The notes under the pieces were generated by a model. The model was not told the DNA's origin. It worked only from the letters and a program-made list of their open reading frames with translations, and did no database searches. From assembly GCF_001194135.2 (NCBI RefSeq), contig NC_068983.1, forward strand, positions 136,427,109-136,491,108: DNA of 64,000 nt, given 5' to 3'. Made by a program: the position numbers and the translations under genes. This DNA is from Octopus bimaculoides (taxonomy: Eukaryota). Positions 51,040 to 62,800 of the stretch are shown piece after piece. Position 1 is the stretch's first letter; each line of letters opens with the position of its first letter.

Positions 51040-53921
51040 TATCCTTTTCATACTTTGAATACATTAGATTAAAAGTATTACTGTCTTATTTCATTGTATT
51101 TTAACTACATTTTTCTTATTCTTGTTAACATTTGTTTCTTAGGTGACAGCATTGCAGTTTGCAATATTAAAATCCCTGTTTCCTTAGTTTTATTGACCTT
51201 TAAAAATCAGCCTAACCTTTTGTTAAGACACCATATTCACAAGTATCTAAATTTAAGCTTTTGATTGTTGTCAATAATAGAAGCGCTTTCCAGTTATTTC
51301 ACATTAAGTACCCTGGTTATGATTTAGAAACACCAGGTTCTTAATTGATCGATCTTGCTCAGAATGTTTAACTATATTGTAGAAGCTTTGTTTCAGACAA
51401 CTATTTGTATTGTGGATATTTATGATCACTACCTTACTAAACAATGATATAAATGGGTTTTAGAAACTAGATGTACATGTTAATATCAAGGATTTAGTTT
51501 TGCTGTTATTACAAGGGTTCCATCCAGGATGAATGGAAAGTTAGCATTAACTTATGAAATTGAGAAGTTGGCAAATTCCATTCATATATGCCTGAATATT
51601 ACACTTCTTATTTCTATTAAGTATTACTTTTCTCCTTGTTTCATGTTGCATTTTTGGATGGGAACAAAATGAACTTTGTAAGCACAAAAGCTGGTAAACA
51701 AAATGCTAAAAGTATTAATATTCACTATTAATTAGAAATTTATTAAAATTTAAAGCTTTTAATAGTAAAAAAATTGATTATAGTTATTAGTCATTTATTA
51801 GATATCCTCAGAATAATTGTTTGGCTTTGTTTCATAATCTGCTGATAATGTGATGAACTCTTAGCAAGGAATTTAATTCCAGAAAATAAGTTCAGTTATA
51901 AGCACATTTTGGGCATATGAGAGACAAAGAACGGGGAAGTTTAGTTTGGTGTGCGAAATATTCTCCCCGATTTCTCTAAGTTTACTACAGGATGAGATAA
52001 ACTTAGACAAAAATATTTCTGAATGATATTAGGGCTGTTGTTTATTAAAAAATGGGAGGAGAAAGAAAAGAGAAAATATGACTAAATTGACAGGTGCCAC
52101 ATTAGTTTGAGATTTAGAGATCTGCAAAAGAAACAAACAAAACTTTTATTGTTTTAGAGAGTTCACCAATCCTTATGAATGAACAAACCAAATTCTACAT
52201 TCAACTGGCTTTGAAGATAAAAGTAAATTGCTTCAAAATATATGTAGCTATGTTAAGAGTATTTGGTTTCCAGAAGGTCAGTAAAGACATTTTTTAATGT
52301 ATGTCTAATGAAAGATTCTTTCAGTTGATTGTTATTCATGCAGGTTTTTGGTATTTCTTATTTGAGATAAATACAGCTTTTATTCTTGTTAAACATTACT
52401 TCATTATCAGTGTTACTTTAGAATGTAGATAAGGTATTTACTTATGCTGGAAGTGCATAAATAACTTCCATTCTTGCTGCTAAGGAAGACTTGTAGGATG
52501 TTTTATTGGCAAATAAACAGATTACTATAGAAATGGAAATGTGTCTTAGTTCATTTATGTAGGGAAAAGAGTGCAAATGGTATATGGGCCTTGGAGAAAT
52601 AAGGATAATGTAGGTCTAACTTCATGTAAATATAGGAACTGAACTAACAAAGAAAGCTGAATATGGTTAAGTATGATGTCTAGTTATGTTCCATATAGTA
52701 AAATATTTTGCGCCTAATTGTCACTTGTTATGGTTATTATATTTATCCCCTGTAGTGGTACTGTATGTCACAAAATCATACTGAAATTTTTTAATGCTTT
52801 TGTATAAAGTGACAGTAAATTGAATATACGCAATATATGCTTGAATATCTTTGAATTCCAAAAAAGTTTTCTATGGGCATTAATATTGGTGCATTTATAC
52901 ATCTCCCTGGGAAATATTGTCTGGCCTTCTCAGATTATACTTTTCTCAAACAGGAGAACTCATGCCAGCATGGAAAAAAGGATGTTAAATGATGACAATA
53001 ATGATTATGACAACACTGGTTTAGAGAAGATGCAGATGTTATACAAGGAACAGCTAATGTTTCTTTTTAAAATTAGCTTTTCAACATGAGAAAAGTACAA
53101 AAATGTAGGTGGAAAATGTGAAGAAAAAATGTTGCAAGCAGTTTGATTACCAATAAAACAGCAAGTCATTCTAAATATTGACTCAGCATCATGCAGTTAT
53201 ATTCTTGCATTGCTTGGTAAGTAAGTAGGTATGAAAATAATTAAGCAGCAAGGTATGAAATAAACTTCACTTGTTAGTTGTAATTTCGTTTATACAAGCT
53301 ACACAATATCTGCCAATGTATGACTAAATATTCATAATTATGAAGCATTTTGTAATATCCTGAATATACTTACATAAATGCCAGTTCATTATAGATAGCA
53401 ATTTAGCTGAAAATATTACTCATTTATTCTCAAAATCTTAAAAAACATTGAATGTATGGAAAAGAAATAAAAAGATATTTTAACTAAAGCTATATATCCT
53501 TCTGAACACATTATACCATTTAATCAAATAACAGATTTAAACTTCCTGTATTGTTATCAGTCTAGTAAATAGATATTGGATTACATTGTTTGGTGGTGGA
53601 TAAATAACATGAATTATAAGGTAGATGATTTGGCATAAAGAGCAGAACCAAATGCTTAAACATTCGTTGTTGTCTAGTTTGATTCATTATATTTCTGAGC
53701 TCAAATCTTGTTGGGTCAGATTTTGCCATTTTGTGTAGATTTAGTAAAATAAATATCAGCCAAGTAGCCTAAGTATTAAAAAAATCATTGTTATTGATTA
53801 TTAATACTGAACTATAACAGTGGTTATAAATATAATCTTTTAGTATAAAATAAACTTGTGATCAAATTCCATCAGCTTTGAACTTAAAGTCTATATAATT
53901 GATTGTTTAATTCACATAAGA

Positions 53922-55142
53922 ATCATCATCATCATCATCATCATCATCGTTTAACGTCCGCTTTCCATGCTAGCATGGGTTGGACGATTTGACTGAGGAC
54001 TGGTGAAACCGGATGGCAACACCAGGCTCCAGTCTGATTTGGCAGAGTTTCTACAGCTGGATGCCCTTCCTAACGCCAACCACTCAGAGAGTGTAGTGGG
54101 TGCTTTTACGTGTCACCCGCACGAAAACGGCCACGCTCGAAATGGTGTCTTTTATNNNNNNNNNNNNNNNNNNNNNNNNNNNNNNNNNNNNNNNNNNNNN
54201 NNNNNNNNNNNNNNNNNNNNNNNNNNNNNNNNNNNNNNNNNNNNNNNNNNNNNNNNNNNNNNNNNNNNNNNNNNNNNNNNNNNNNNNNNNNNNNNNNNNN
54301 NNNNNNNNNNNNNNNNNNNNNNNNNNNNNNNNNNNNNNNNNNNNNNNNNNNNNNNNNNNNNNNNNNNNNNNNNNNNNNNNNNNNNNNNNNNNNNNNNNNN
54401 NNNNNNNNNNNNNNNNNNNNNNNNNNNNNNNNNNNNNNNNNNNNNNNNNNNNNNNNNNNNNNNNNNNNNNNNNNNNNNNNNNNNNNNNNNNNNNNNNNNN
54501 NNNNNNNNNNNNNNNNNNNNNNNNNNNNNNNNNNNNNNNNNNNNNNNNNNNNNNNNNNNNNNNNNNNNNNNNNNNNNNNNNNNNNNNNNNNNNNNNNNNN
54601 NNNNNNNNNNNNNNNNNNNNNNNNNNNNNNNNNNNNNNNNNNNNNNNNNNNNNNNNNNNNNNNNNNNNNNNNNNNNNNNNNNNNNNNNNNNNNNNNNNNN
54701 NNNNNNNNNNNNNNNNNNNNNNNNNNNNNNNNNNNNNNNNNNNNNNNNNNNNNNNNNNNNNNNNNNNNNNNNNNNNNNNNNNGCGTCATACAGTCTGCCT
54801 TTTACTCTGAGTGAGAGTCCCTTTGTCGCCAGCAGGGGTAAGAGCTCTCTAAACTTTGCCCAGGCTATTCTTATTCTAGCAGCTACACTTTCAGCGCACC
54901 CACCCCCACTACTAACTTGGTCGCCCAGATAGCGGAAGCTATCGACTACCTCTAGTTTTTCACCCTGGAATGAGATAGAAGTTGTTTCCTGTTTGTTTGC
55001 AGTCTTTATTGCACCTGAACATCTGCCACAAACAAAAACTAACTTGCTAGTTAACCTGCCTTTGATGTTGCTGCACCTCTTATGTGTCCATAGCTTGCAC
55101 CGGGTACATCTTATAGAGTTACTACCTACTCCTTTTCTACAT
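53922..55142 (-). mobile_element. Young RTE LINE 3' fragment (short-UTR subfamily) with a gap inside
   Basis: Open frame CRKGVGSNSIRCTRCKLWTHKRC...LRVKGRLYD and (GAT)n tail. The sequenced parts appear identical to 29384-30372. Confidence 0.93.
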
Positions 55143-55964
55143 AATGTTAAAATGTAATTAAAATGAATAAGAAATACAAGTTGAACATGCAGCAAGGATT
55201 CATGATGGAAATATAAACAAATCCTAGAGACAGTTTCATTGGTATCATTCTTATTTAATCTGACCCTTTTTGAATTACAAGGATACATATAGACAAGTAC
55301 TCAACTCAGGTTTTTGTAGTATTATGATGATATACACCTTCTCTTGATTGAACTCAGCATCTTCAATTCCACAAAACTATTATTATTTCTACTCTGAAAT
55401 ATATCAGTCAGTGGTGTCTATTACAGGTAGATGAATTGGAAGTTATATATTTTAGCCAAATACCATAGACTTTTGTGCTTCTTTACTCATAAGACTACAA
55501 GAGAATTAACATTATTAAACTACTCTGATTTATTATTAACCAGTGCTTACCTTTTGCAAATCTCAAGTAAGACACAGTGGATTCAAAGGTACTGCTGCTA
55601 CACACAAAAGTTTTGAAGACAATATGAGAGAAAAAGGTGGTCTGACTGGTTGGCAAAAACTCACTCAATAGAAGATTCAGTAGGCAATACATAAAATTAT
55701 TAGTGGTTTTTAGTTAAACCCCACTGCATTCTGAATTCAAATCCTACAATGGCTGATTTTGCCTTTGGTCATTTTTGAGGTTGATAAAATTAGTGGTAAA
55801 GCACTGGAATTAATTGTAATTATGTAAAACACAAATCAAGTTGTACTTTTCTGCTTTGCCTAAGTTAAAAATCTTTATTCATACTCTTACAAGTGCCAGA
55901 TTAAATGCTTTAAACTGTTTTGTTTTGTCACTATATTGAAATAATGCAAAGTTGATTTTGCCAT

Positions 55965-56031
<67 letters not shown>

Positions 56032-58679
56032 GTTGGATAAAGTAAATATCAAGTATGTACTGGAGTTGAAGTCAATCAAAAATATCTTTCCTTATAAATA
56101 TATATCAATGTAAGAAATCATGATTAGTTTTCTTAGATCAGCAAACCAAAGAATTGTTTTTTTAGATACATTCGTTCCAATTTCTAGCAATAACATTTGT
56201 TAATGCTCTCTAAACTTTCTTTTAGCATTGTTAAGTAAACAGGTTTTCTTGTTTCTAAATATTAGAAAATGTAAACTGTGCAAGTTAGAAGTATCAACAA
56301 TCTCAACAAGCAAATGTTGATCAATTAGTGATTCTAATTTCAATATTAACAAATATTAAATAATCAGATTTTGGCAAATTAATAGAAGTTATCATGCAAT
56401 ATTCATCAATAATTGATTATTCAGGATTGTATGCTTCTACTTTGAATGGAGGTGTACTAAATAGCCTAAATAAATAGTATTAAAGGAATAATTTGTTGTT
56501 TATAAAGGATCTAATTAATATCACCAATATATAATCAGTGTTACTTATACATGAGTGTACTATTTCTGTCAATTTTCTTGTTAATATGTTTATAGTTGAT
56601 AACCTAAAGGGTGGTGTGTAGGCACCCAGCAGATTGAAAATAAGACCTGGCAATGAGTAGAAGAGCATTTTAAAGAAAAGCCAATGGCCAACCATACCTA
56701 AAGACAAAATTGGCAGCATCAGATTATCTGCTTATTGAACAGCACATTGTTGTGCACTTACAGCATCCTTGATCTATAGATATTAGATGGATGCTATGTA
56801 TGAACATAGTATATTGTCCTTTAAAAGTATGACATATAATGTATATATAATGCTTAAGTTGATCTTATTAAACATTCAAAATACTCTGCGTCAATGTCCA
56901 TGATAAAATAGTAGTAGGTGCTATAGCTGTGTATCATTGTTCATTAACATTATCCTGGCAGCACATTAAACTGTTCTATTCTGATGTTCAGATATAAGCA
57001 ACATACATGATTTATTTATGCCTAATGCCTACTTAGTATGAGTACGCATGTGCGAATGTGTGCGTGTATGTATAAGCAAAATAGGCTATCCACTTAAGTG
57101 CTAGCCTAATTCATGACTGCTTTATATTGCAGCTGACCTAGGCCATTGACTGGGGAAGGAAGCCAGGTGCATCAACAGATCATGAAACAGTTTGCCCGAA
57201 GAACCCTCATTCTCTTTCTTTTATCCATATATCAACACCAAAGAAAAAAAATATTTTCATTCTTATTCCCACAGTGTAGCTTTTTAATATTTGAAATTAT
57301 TTTAAAGTTACAATGAATTAGGTATAAAATAGAGATATATTATACAGCATATGTAAATTAAGGCTACCCTACATGTATCTCTATTTGGTTTCAAAAAATT
57401 GTAGCTTAATGTGTAAGTGTATGATGTGCATATATAAGTATATACTTTCATACTTAGGTATATATTCATACATTCTTTGGCTAACCAGATTTTATGTACC
57501 TTCCTATTTCTCTGAGTTTCAAGTATAACAATGTCTTCTAACCTCTGACAGCACTTTTTGTGCCTCACAACACCTCCTCTTACTTTATCTCACTACCCAC
57601 TCTTACACCTCTAGGATACTGTCTAGCCTATCTTTCCATTATTGCACCCACTCAATGTTTTACCCCATCCCCCTCTCTCTCTCTCTTCATCCTTGTCACT
57701 GCCTTTTTATCTGTGACACTTTCAGGCATTCACATTCTGCTCTTTCTCTTCTTCCTACCTCTTGTGCCCTCTAGTATCTACTTCTTGACCTTCTCATTGA
57801 CTTCTTCACAGCTTTTCTTCCTCCTCAACACCCTTCTTTTTCCCTCTCTGACCTAACCACATGATCTTCCACCCTGCACATTCAATTCAATGACTCAAGA
57901 TTCTTCTCTCACCTTCTGTTCATACGCTTTACCATGTTGGATAAACCTAGAACTTTCCCTGCCTTACATAACCTATTCTATCATCTCTCAATTCCATCCC
58001 TCCTTTTTTCTCAATAATTCCTGTCACAAATTCCTTCTCCTCTGTTCCCTGACAAACTTCCTCATCCTCTCCTCTTATTATCCTTTGTCCCTTTGCCTAG
58101 AATCATCACTCACTCTCTCTTTTATTTTCTTTCATTTATAGAGGACATTTTAGGAGTTCAGCCCTGCAAATTAAGAGGCAATCACCACTAGTGCAGGTGT
58201 CACACAAAAAGTACACTACGTAAAGTGGTTAGCGTTAGGAAGAGCATCCAGCTATAGAAAAATAGACAGCCAAAGCAGTCAGTGTTGCATGACACAGTTC
58301 TCTGACTCATCAGACCCTGTTAAACCATCCAACCCATGTCAGCACAGAAACCAGATGTTAATGAATGATAATGACGATTTGCTGACCATCATTTATGTTA
58401 TGATTTCTTTTACCTATCCTTTCAGTCACTCTTACAAGTACCCAACCATGATTATTGGTAGTAATTCACACTACCTTTGTTTCCTTAGTGGATACAGTTC
58501 TTTGGATGATCTGCCATAAGACATAAATTTCAATTAGAGTTTTGGTAGTAGGCTTTAAGGTCCAAATAACTGAGCTTCAGAAGAAGGTATATACTCTGAT
58601 CTATATGTATTCTTGTAGTGCAAAAGAGTAATATTTGAATCATTTGCTTTCATTTGTAGTGCTTTCAAGATTCCAACAG

Positions 58680-58727
<48 letters not shown>

Positions 58728-58749
58728 TGCACACACACACACGCACTCT

Positions 58750-60316
58750 TACACACCATTAGATCAGATATATGAGGGTGCGAAATTCTAAGTTCAAACT
58801 GCCAAGTGTTCAAGAATTCTTTAACCAGCTTGCATCTGAATTGCAACACATAATTTGTCACAATTTTCATTGAAATACCCAAGTCTTACAGGCTGGGATC
58901 GTTTATAATTGTTTAGCTTTTGTCTGTGACAAATTGCAATTTCAAAGAAATCCTCTGTTATAGTTCTCAAGAATGAGAAACTGAAAATTCTTGCACTGAA
59001 ACAAATCTACCCTGGTATTTGGCCTTGGCGTCTTTGATACTGGTTTGGTTCAAGTCCGTCATTTTGCTAGTTTCTTTGGTGCCTTAAAGCAGTATCACAT
59101 TTGCCAATCAGTCTAATGACATTAGCTGACATTTCAGGCCACTTACAGTAAATTTCATATTTAAGTCATTGTAAATAACCTAAATATGACTAGTTTTACC
59201 TAGTTAAGCATCAGCTGTCATTATCCACGGAATAACATTGTTGCTTGAACTTTGTCTCAGAACTCCTGGTATTGGCAATTTTCAGACCAATCTTGTTCCA
59301 GAACTTGAATTAAATTTAGCCCTTTGACTATCGGTTTTCAGTTCAGCAATTTTTGAATTGTCCCTCTGAAGTGTTTGCAACAAATCAGTTTTATAAAACA
59401 GATTGTCTGCCTCACAAATGAAAGCTTAGTTTGACTTTACTGTAGACAAACTAAGTGTGTTCATAATTTTTCATTCTTACCACTTTATGTATTTTAGAAA
59501 GCAATCTCAATTCCACAGTCATTTTCTGTAACCTCTGAGGAGCCTTGTAAAGGTGTTTGCTAAGCATGTTTATCATTACCTTATGATCTGTCTCAACTAA
59601 GAGTGACATACCATATACACACTTCTAAAAGTGCTCAGCACCAAAATCTACAGTTTCTTTTTCAAATGAACTCTTATTTGTGACTCAGTCAGAGTCAATG
59701 AGATGGATAACTAGATGGTCAGCTTATTTATAGATTTTCTTATATCCAGTGATGTTAGTACAGGCTTTTTTGTCAAAGTATCCTAATACTGGTGAACTGC
59801 TAACAGCAAGTTTTATACTGGCAAATGCTTTTTGTTCTACTTTAGTTCAATTCCATACATTTGGTCTCTCTGTAAGCTTTCTAAGGTTCACTCACCTCTG
59901 ACAATGAAGAATAAACTTGGCCAAGTTTATTACCATCGCTTAGTATATGTCTAGTGCACTGCATTCAGTAAATGCTTGTAATGTATGGATAGCAGAAATT
60001 TTATCTGAATCTGGTTTCATTTCTTTCTTCTTTGGTTAGTAGATATTCATTATATTTTACTTGGTCAACATAAAGCTTAGTTTTCCTTGAAATTATTTTT
60101 AGAGTTTTGCCTCTGTATTGTTTTGCAATGCCAACAAGTTGCCTGTACTACAAACACCTTCCAGACCCCCAGACAAATGCGTCATACCTACTTGGGATAC
60201 CTCAGGAATTGATCTCACTGCAAAAGAAGGTTTGTCACAAGCATACTTACCTGTTGAACTTTGTTTACTACTCTCTTTAGATAGCTTTATTTGTCAAGCA
60301 CATCTAACATTGAAAT
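58750..60316 (-). mobile_element. Old Ty3/Gypsy pol relic (RT, RNase H, integrase), 3' part
   Basis: Minus-strand fragments: QIKLSKESSK..IPEVSQ..GGLEGV; KPDSDKISAIH; LAKFI..LRKLTE..W..EQKAF..SSPVLGYFD; EKE..FGAEHF..LVETDHK..KAPQRLQKM; WPEMS..CD; VDLFQCKNFQFLIL; GISMKIVTN..QF...KEFLNTWQFE. Many stops and frameshifts. Confidence 0.85.
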
Positions 60317-60318
60317 TT

Positions 60319-60712
60319 TAGTAGAAAAGTGGGTTATACATCTTTAGACGTATACCTGACTTTCCTACTATAATATTAAGGAATATAACGGAACGCTGAA
60401 CTCCAGACTATCAACTTAAACAACATTTATTCAGGTGGTAAATATATACATCTTTAGTTCTTGTTGTTACAGCTTCTGTTGTTGGGACGTTGTCATGTAG
60501 GTGTGAGCGAGCTGTCGAGCGTAAGTCCGAAAGATGTAGAGAGACAGCTTAACACATAAAGAGGCCGTCTCCAGAGTTCGAATGTTAGAGACTCTCTTGA
60601 CACGTCCATTGCTCTATGCTGGCCAGCAAGAAAGAGAATGAATTGAGTGGGAACGCTTGGTTGTTTAATTTTACGCATGCGTGAGACTACACATGCGCAC
60701 GGCGTTACTACA
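60319..60712 (-). repeat. 3' LTR
   Basis: Direct repeat of 62207-62600, preceded on the minus strand by a polypurine-rich tract. Confidence 0.92.
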
Positions 60713-61986
60713 GGGCTCCCTTGCCAGTGCGGAAACGCACGATAAATGAAATCTGTTAGAACACCTGAGGCAGGATNNNNNNNNNNNNNNNNNNNNNNNN
60801 NNNNNNNNNNNNNNNNNNNNNNNNNNNNNNNNNNNNNNNNNNNNNNNNNNNNNNNNNNNNNNNNNNNNNNNNNNNNNNNNNNNNNNNNNNNNNNNNNNNN
60901 NNNNNNNNNNNNNNNNNNNNNNNNNNNNNNNNNNNNNNNNNNNNNNNNNNNNNNNNNNNNNNNNNNNNNNNNNNNNNNNNNNNNNNNNNNNNNNNNNNNN
61001 NNNNNNNNNNNNNNNNNNNNNNNNNNNNNNNNNNNNNNNNNNNNNNNNNNNNNNNNNNNNNNNNNNNNNNNNNNNNNNNNNNNNNNNNNNNNNNNNNNNN
61101 NNNNNNNNNNNNTAAAAGTGTCTGTAGAGACAAAAAAAATCCAATTCGTATAAAAGTTACACAAGTTAATTGGTGTGTCCCTGGTGGTGGGGTTGTTGGC
61201 GCACAACATTGTGGTAGACAGTACATTGATGTTCTGTATGTGTGGTGGTAATGATGTTGACAGTGGTAATGATCTGTTGAAACTTGGCGACGTCAGAGGG
61301 AATGCTTGTAGTTGGTAGTAGTAATTGTTGTCGTCACGGTGGTAATCTTGGTTGGCGCACAACGCTGGTGGCGAAAAGGCTGTTTGGTGATGAGTGTTTG
61401 AAGAGGTACGCTTTTACAGAACGATCGACAGACAAATCTCTGTACGACCATTAGCGAAAACCTCGAAGAAAAATTTTTTTAACCCAAGATGAAAAAACGA
61501 CCATGCAAACTCAAAAAGGAGAAATGGTGACGAATGGAATAACAGAGGACTCCTTTTATCTAAACGTGTCACATGGTCGAAACCAAAATATATATCAAAG
61601 ATGTTATACAAGTAATTACGTTATACTATGAACATTAGTGAATTCGTAAATACCAGTAATGAGACGATAGAAAAAAAAAACAACCGTATGAAATGAATAA
61701 CAAGAGNNNNNNNNNNGAATTCGTAAATACCAGTAATGAGACGATAGAAAAAAAAAACAACCGTATGAAATGAATAACAAGAGTTATTGTGTGGCATAAA
61801 ATATGTATGTATATGTGACAGTGTGAAATGCGACATATAAGAACATAATAAAAAGCAGGCCGTAATTCCTGTCTGTTTTTCGTGAGTGGAAAAATCCACT
61901 CTAACAGAGGCGAGAATAAAAACCGCTCTTGTTGAGTCGTGTTGACTATGGTTGGAGATGTTGGTAATATGTAGTTCGGTCTCCAT

Positions 61987-62203
61987 GGCTGTATTTGTTC
62001 TTTAGTCGGGTTCACCAGTTATAAGTTGGTAGTCCAGAATTCATGCTGCGTTTTTTCTTCGTCGGGGGTCACCACTTTAGTAGAAAGTGGGTTATTGCAG
62101 CTCAGCGGGCTGCGTGTTCGAATCACGTCGGGGTCACCAGTATAGTAGAAAATGGGTATTTGCATTCAGTGGGCTGCGTGTTCGAATCACGTCGGGGTCA
62201 CCA
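61987..62203 (+). repeat. Tandem array of four PBS units (3' half of mature tRNA-Trp including CCA) separated by U5-end-like spacers; not functional tRNA genes
   Basis: GGCTGCGTGTTCGAATCACGTCGGGGTCACCA at 62108-62139 and 62172-62203 (T-arm, acceptor strand, CCA). Decayed units end at 62074 and 62017. Confidence 0.9.
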
Positions 62204-62206
62204 CTT

Positions 62207-62600
62207 TAGTAGAAAAGTGGGTTATACATCTTTAGACGTATACCTGACTTTCCTACTATAATATTAAGGAATATAACGGAACGCTGAACTCCAGACTATC
62301 AACTTAAACAACATTTATTCAGGTGGTAAATATATACATCTTTAGTTCTTGTTGTTACAGCTTCTGTTGTTGGGACGTTGTCATGTAGGTGTGAGCGAGC
62401 TGTCGAGCGTAAATCCGAAAGATGTAGAGAGACAGCTTAACACGTAAAGAGGCTGTCTCCAGAGTTCGAATGTTAGAGACACTCTTGACACGTCCATTGC
62501 TCTATGCTGGCCAGCAAGAAAGAGAATGAATTGAGCGGGAACGCTTGGTTGTTTAATTCTACGCATGTGTGAGACTACGCATGCGCACGGCGTTACTACA
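62207..62600 (-). repeat. 5' LTR
   Basis: Direct repeat of 60319-60712, followed on the minus strand by the PBS. Confidence 0.92.
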
Positions 62601-62800
62601 AAATATTTAGCAGATTGTATTACAGTAATAACTTTAATGCTGAAGACTGTATTATATCTCAGTCCAAAATGTATGATTATTTTTGTGAGATTTGGGGGAT
62701 ATATTGGTGTTGGGTATTTGGTGGAATTTAATAAGAAAAAAATAACAAAATAGCTCATTAAGGATATTAACCTCTTATATAAAAAGTGAGTTAGAAGAGT
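62601..62800 (-). mobile_element. Old Gypsy pol relic, RT N-terminal part (continuation of 58750-60316)
   Basis: IYPPNLTKIIIHF...QSAKYF. Joining across the insertion restores SAKYF..*QIKL. Confidence 0.6.

Larger units (their letters stand above)
60319..62600 (-). mobile_element. Young internally deleted (non-autonomous) Gypsy LTR retrotransposon with tRNA-Trp PBS (CsRn1/Kabuki-like)
   Basis: Two 394-bp direct repeats (60319-60712 and 62207-62600; 8 mismatches) starting TGTAGT on the minus strand, with internal AATAAA. PBS TGGTGACCCCGACGTGAT. PPT-like GGCAAGGGAGCCC. AAAT present on both flanks. Integrase C-terminal remnant KFFFEVFANGRTE..SVDRSVKAYL at about 61380-61560. Confidence 0.9.

Noticed and set aside
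2572-61362. Long ORFs consisting largely of X (2.6-3.2, 4.3-4.9, 29.5-30.3, 54.0-55.3, 60.5-61.4 kb)
   Set aside because: They are open only because N gaps contain no stop codons.
61987-62203. CRISPR array (32-nt repeats, about 32-nt spacers) or tRNA genes
   Set aside because: Eukaryotic context with no cas genes. The repeats are tRNA-Trp 3' halves lacking the D-arm and 5' acceptor strand, and the spacers resemble each other and the LTR end. Reported instead as a PBS array.
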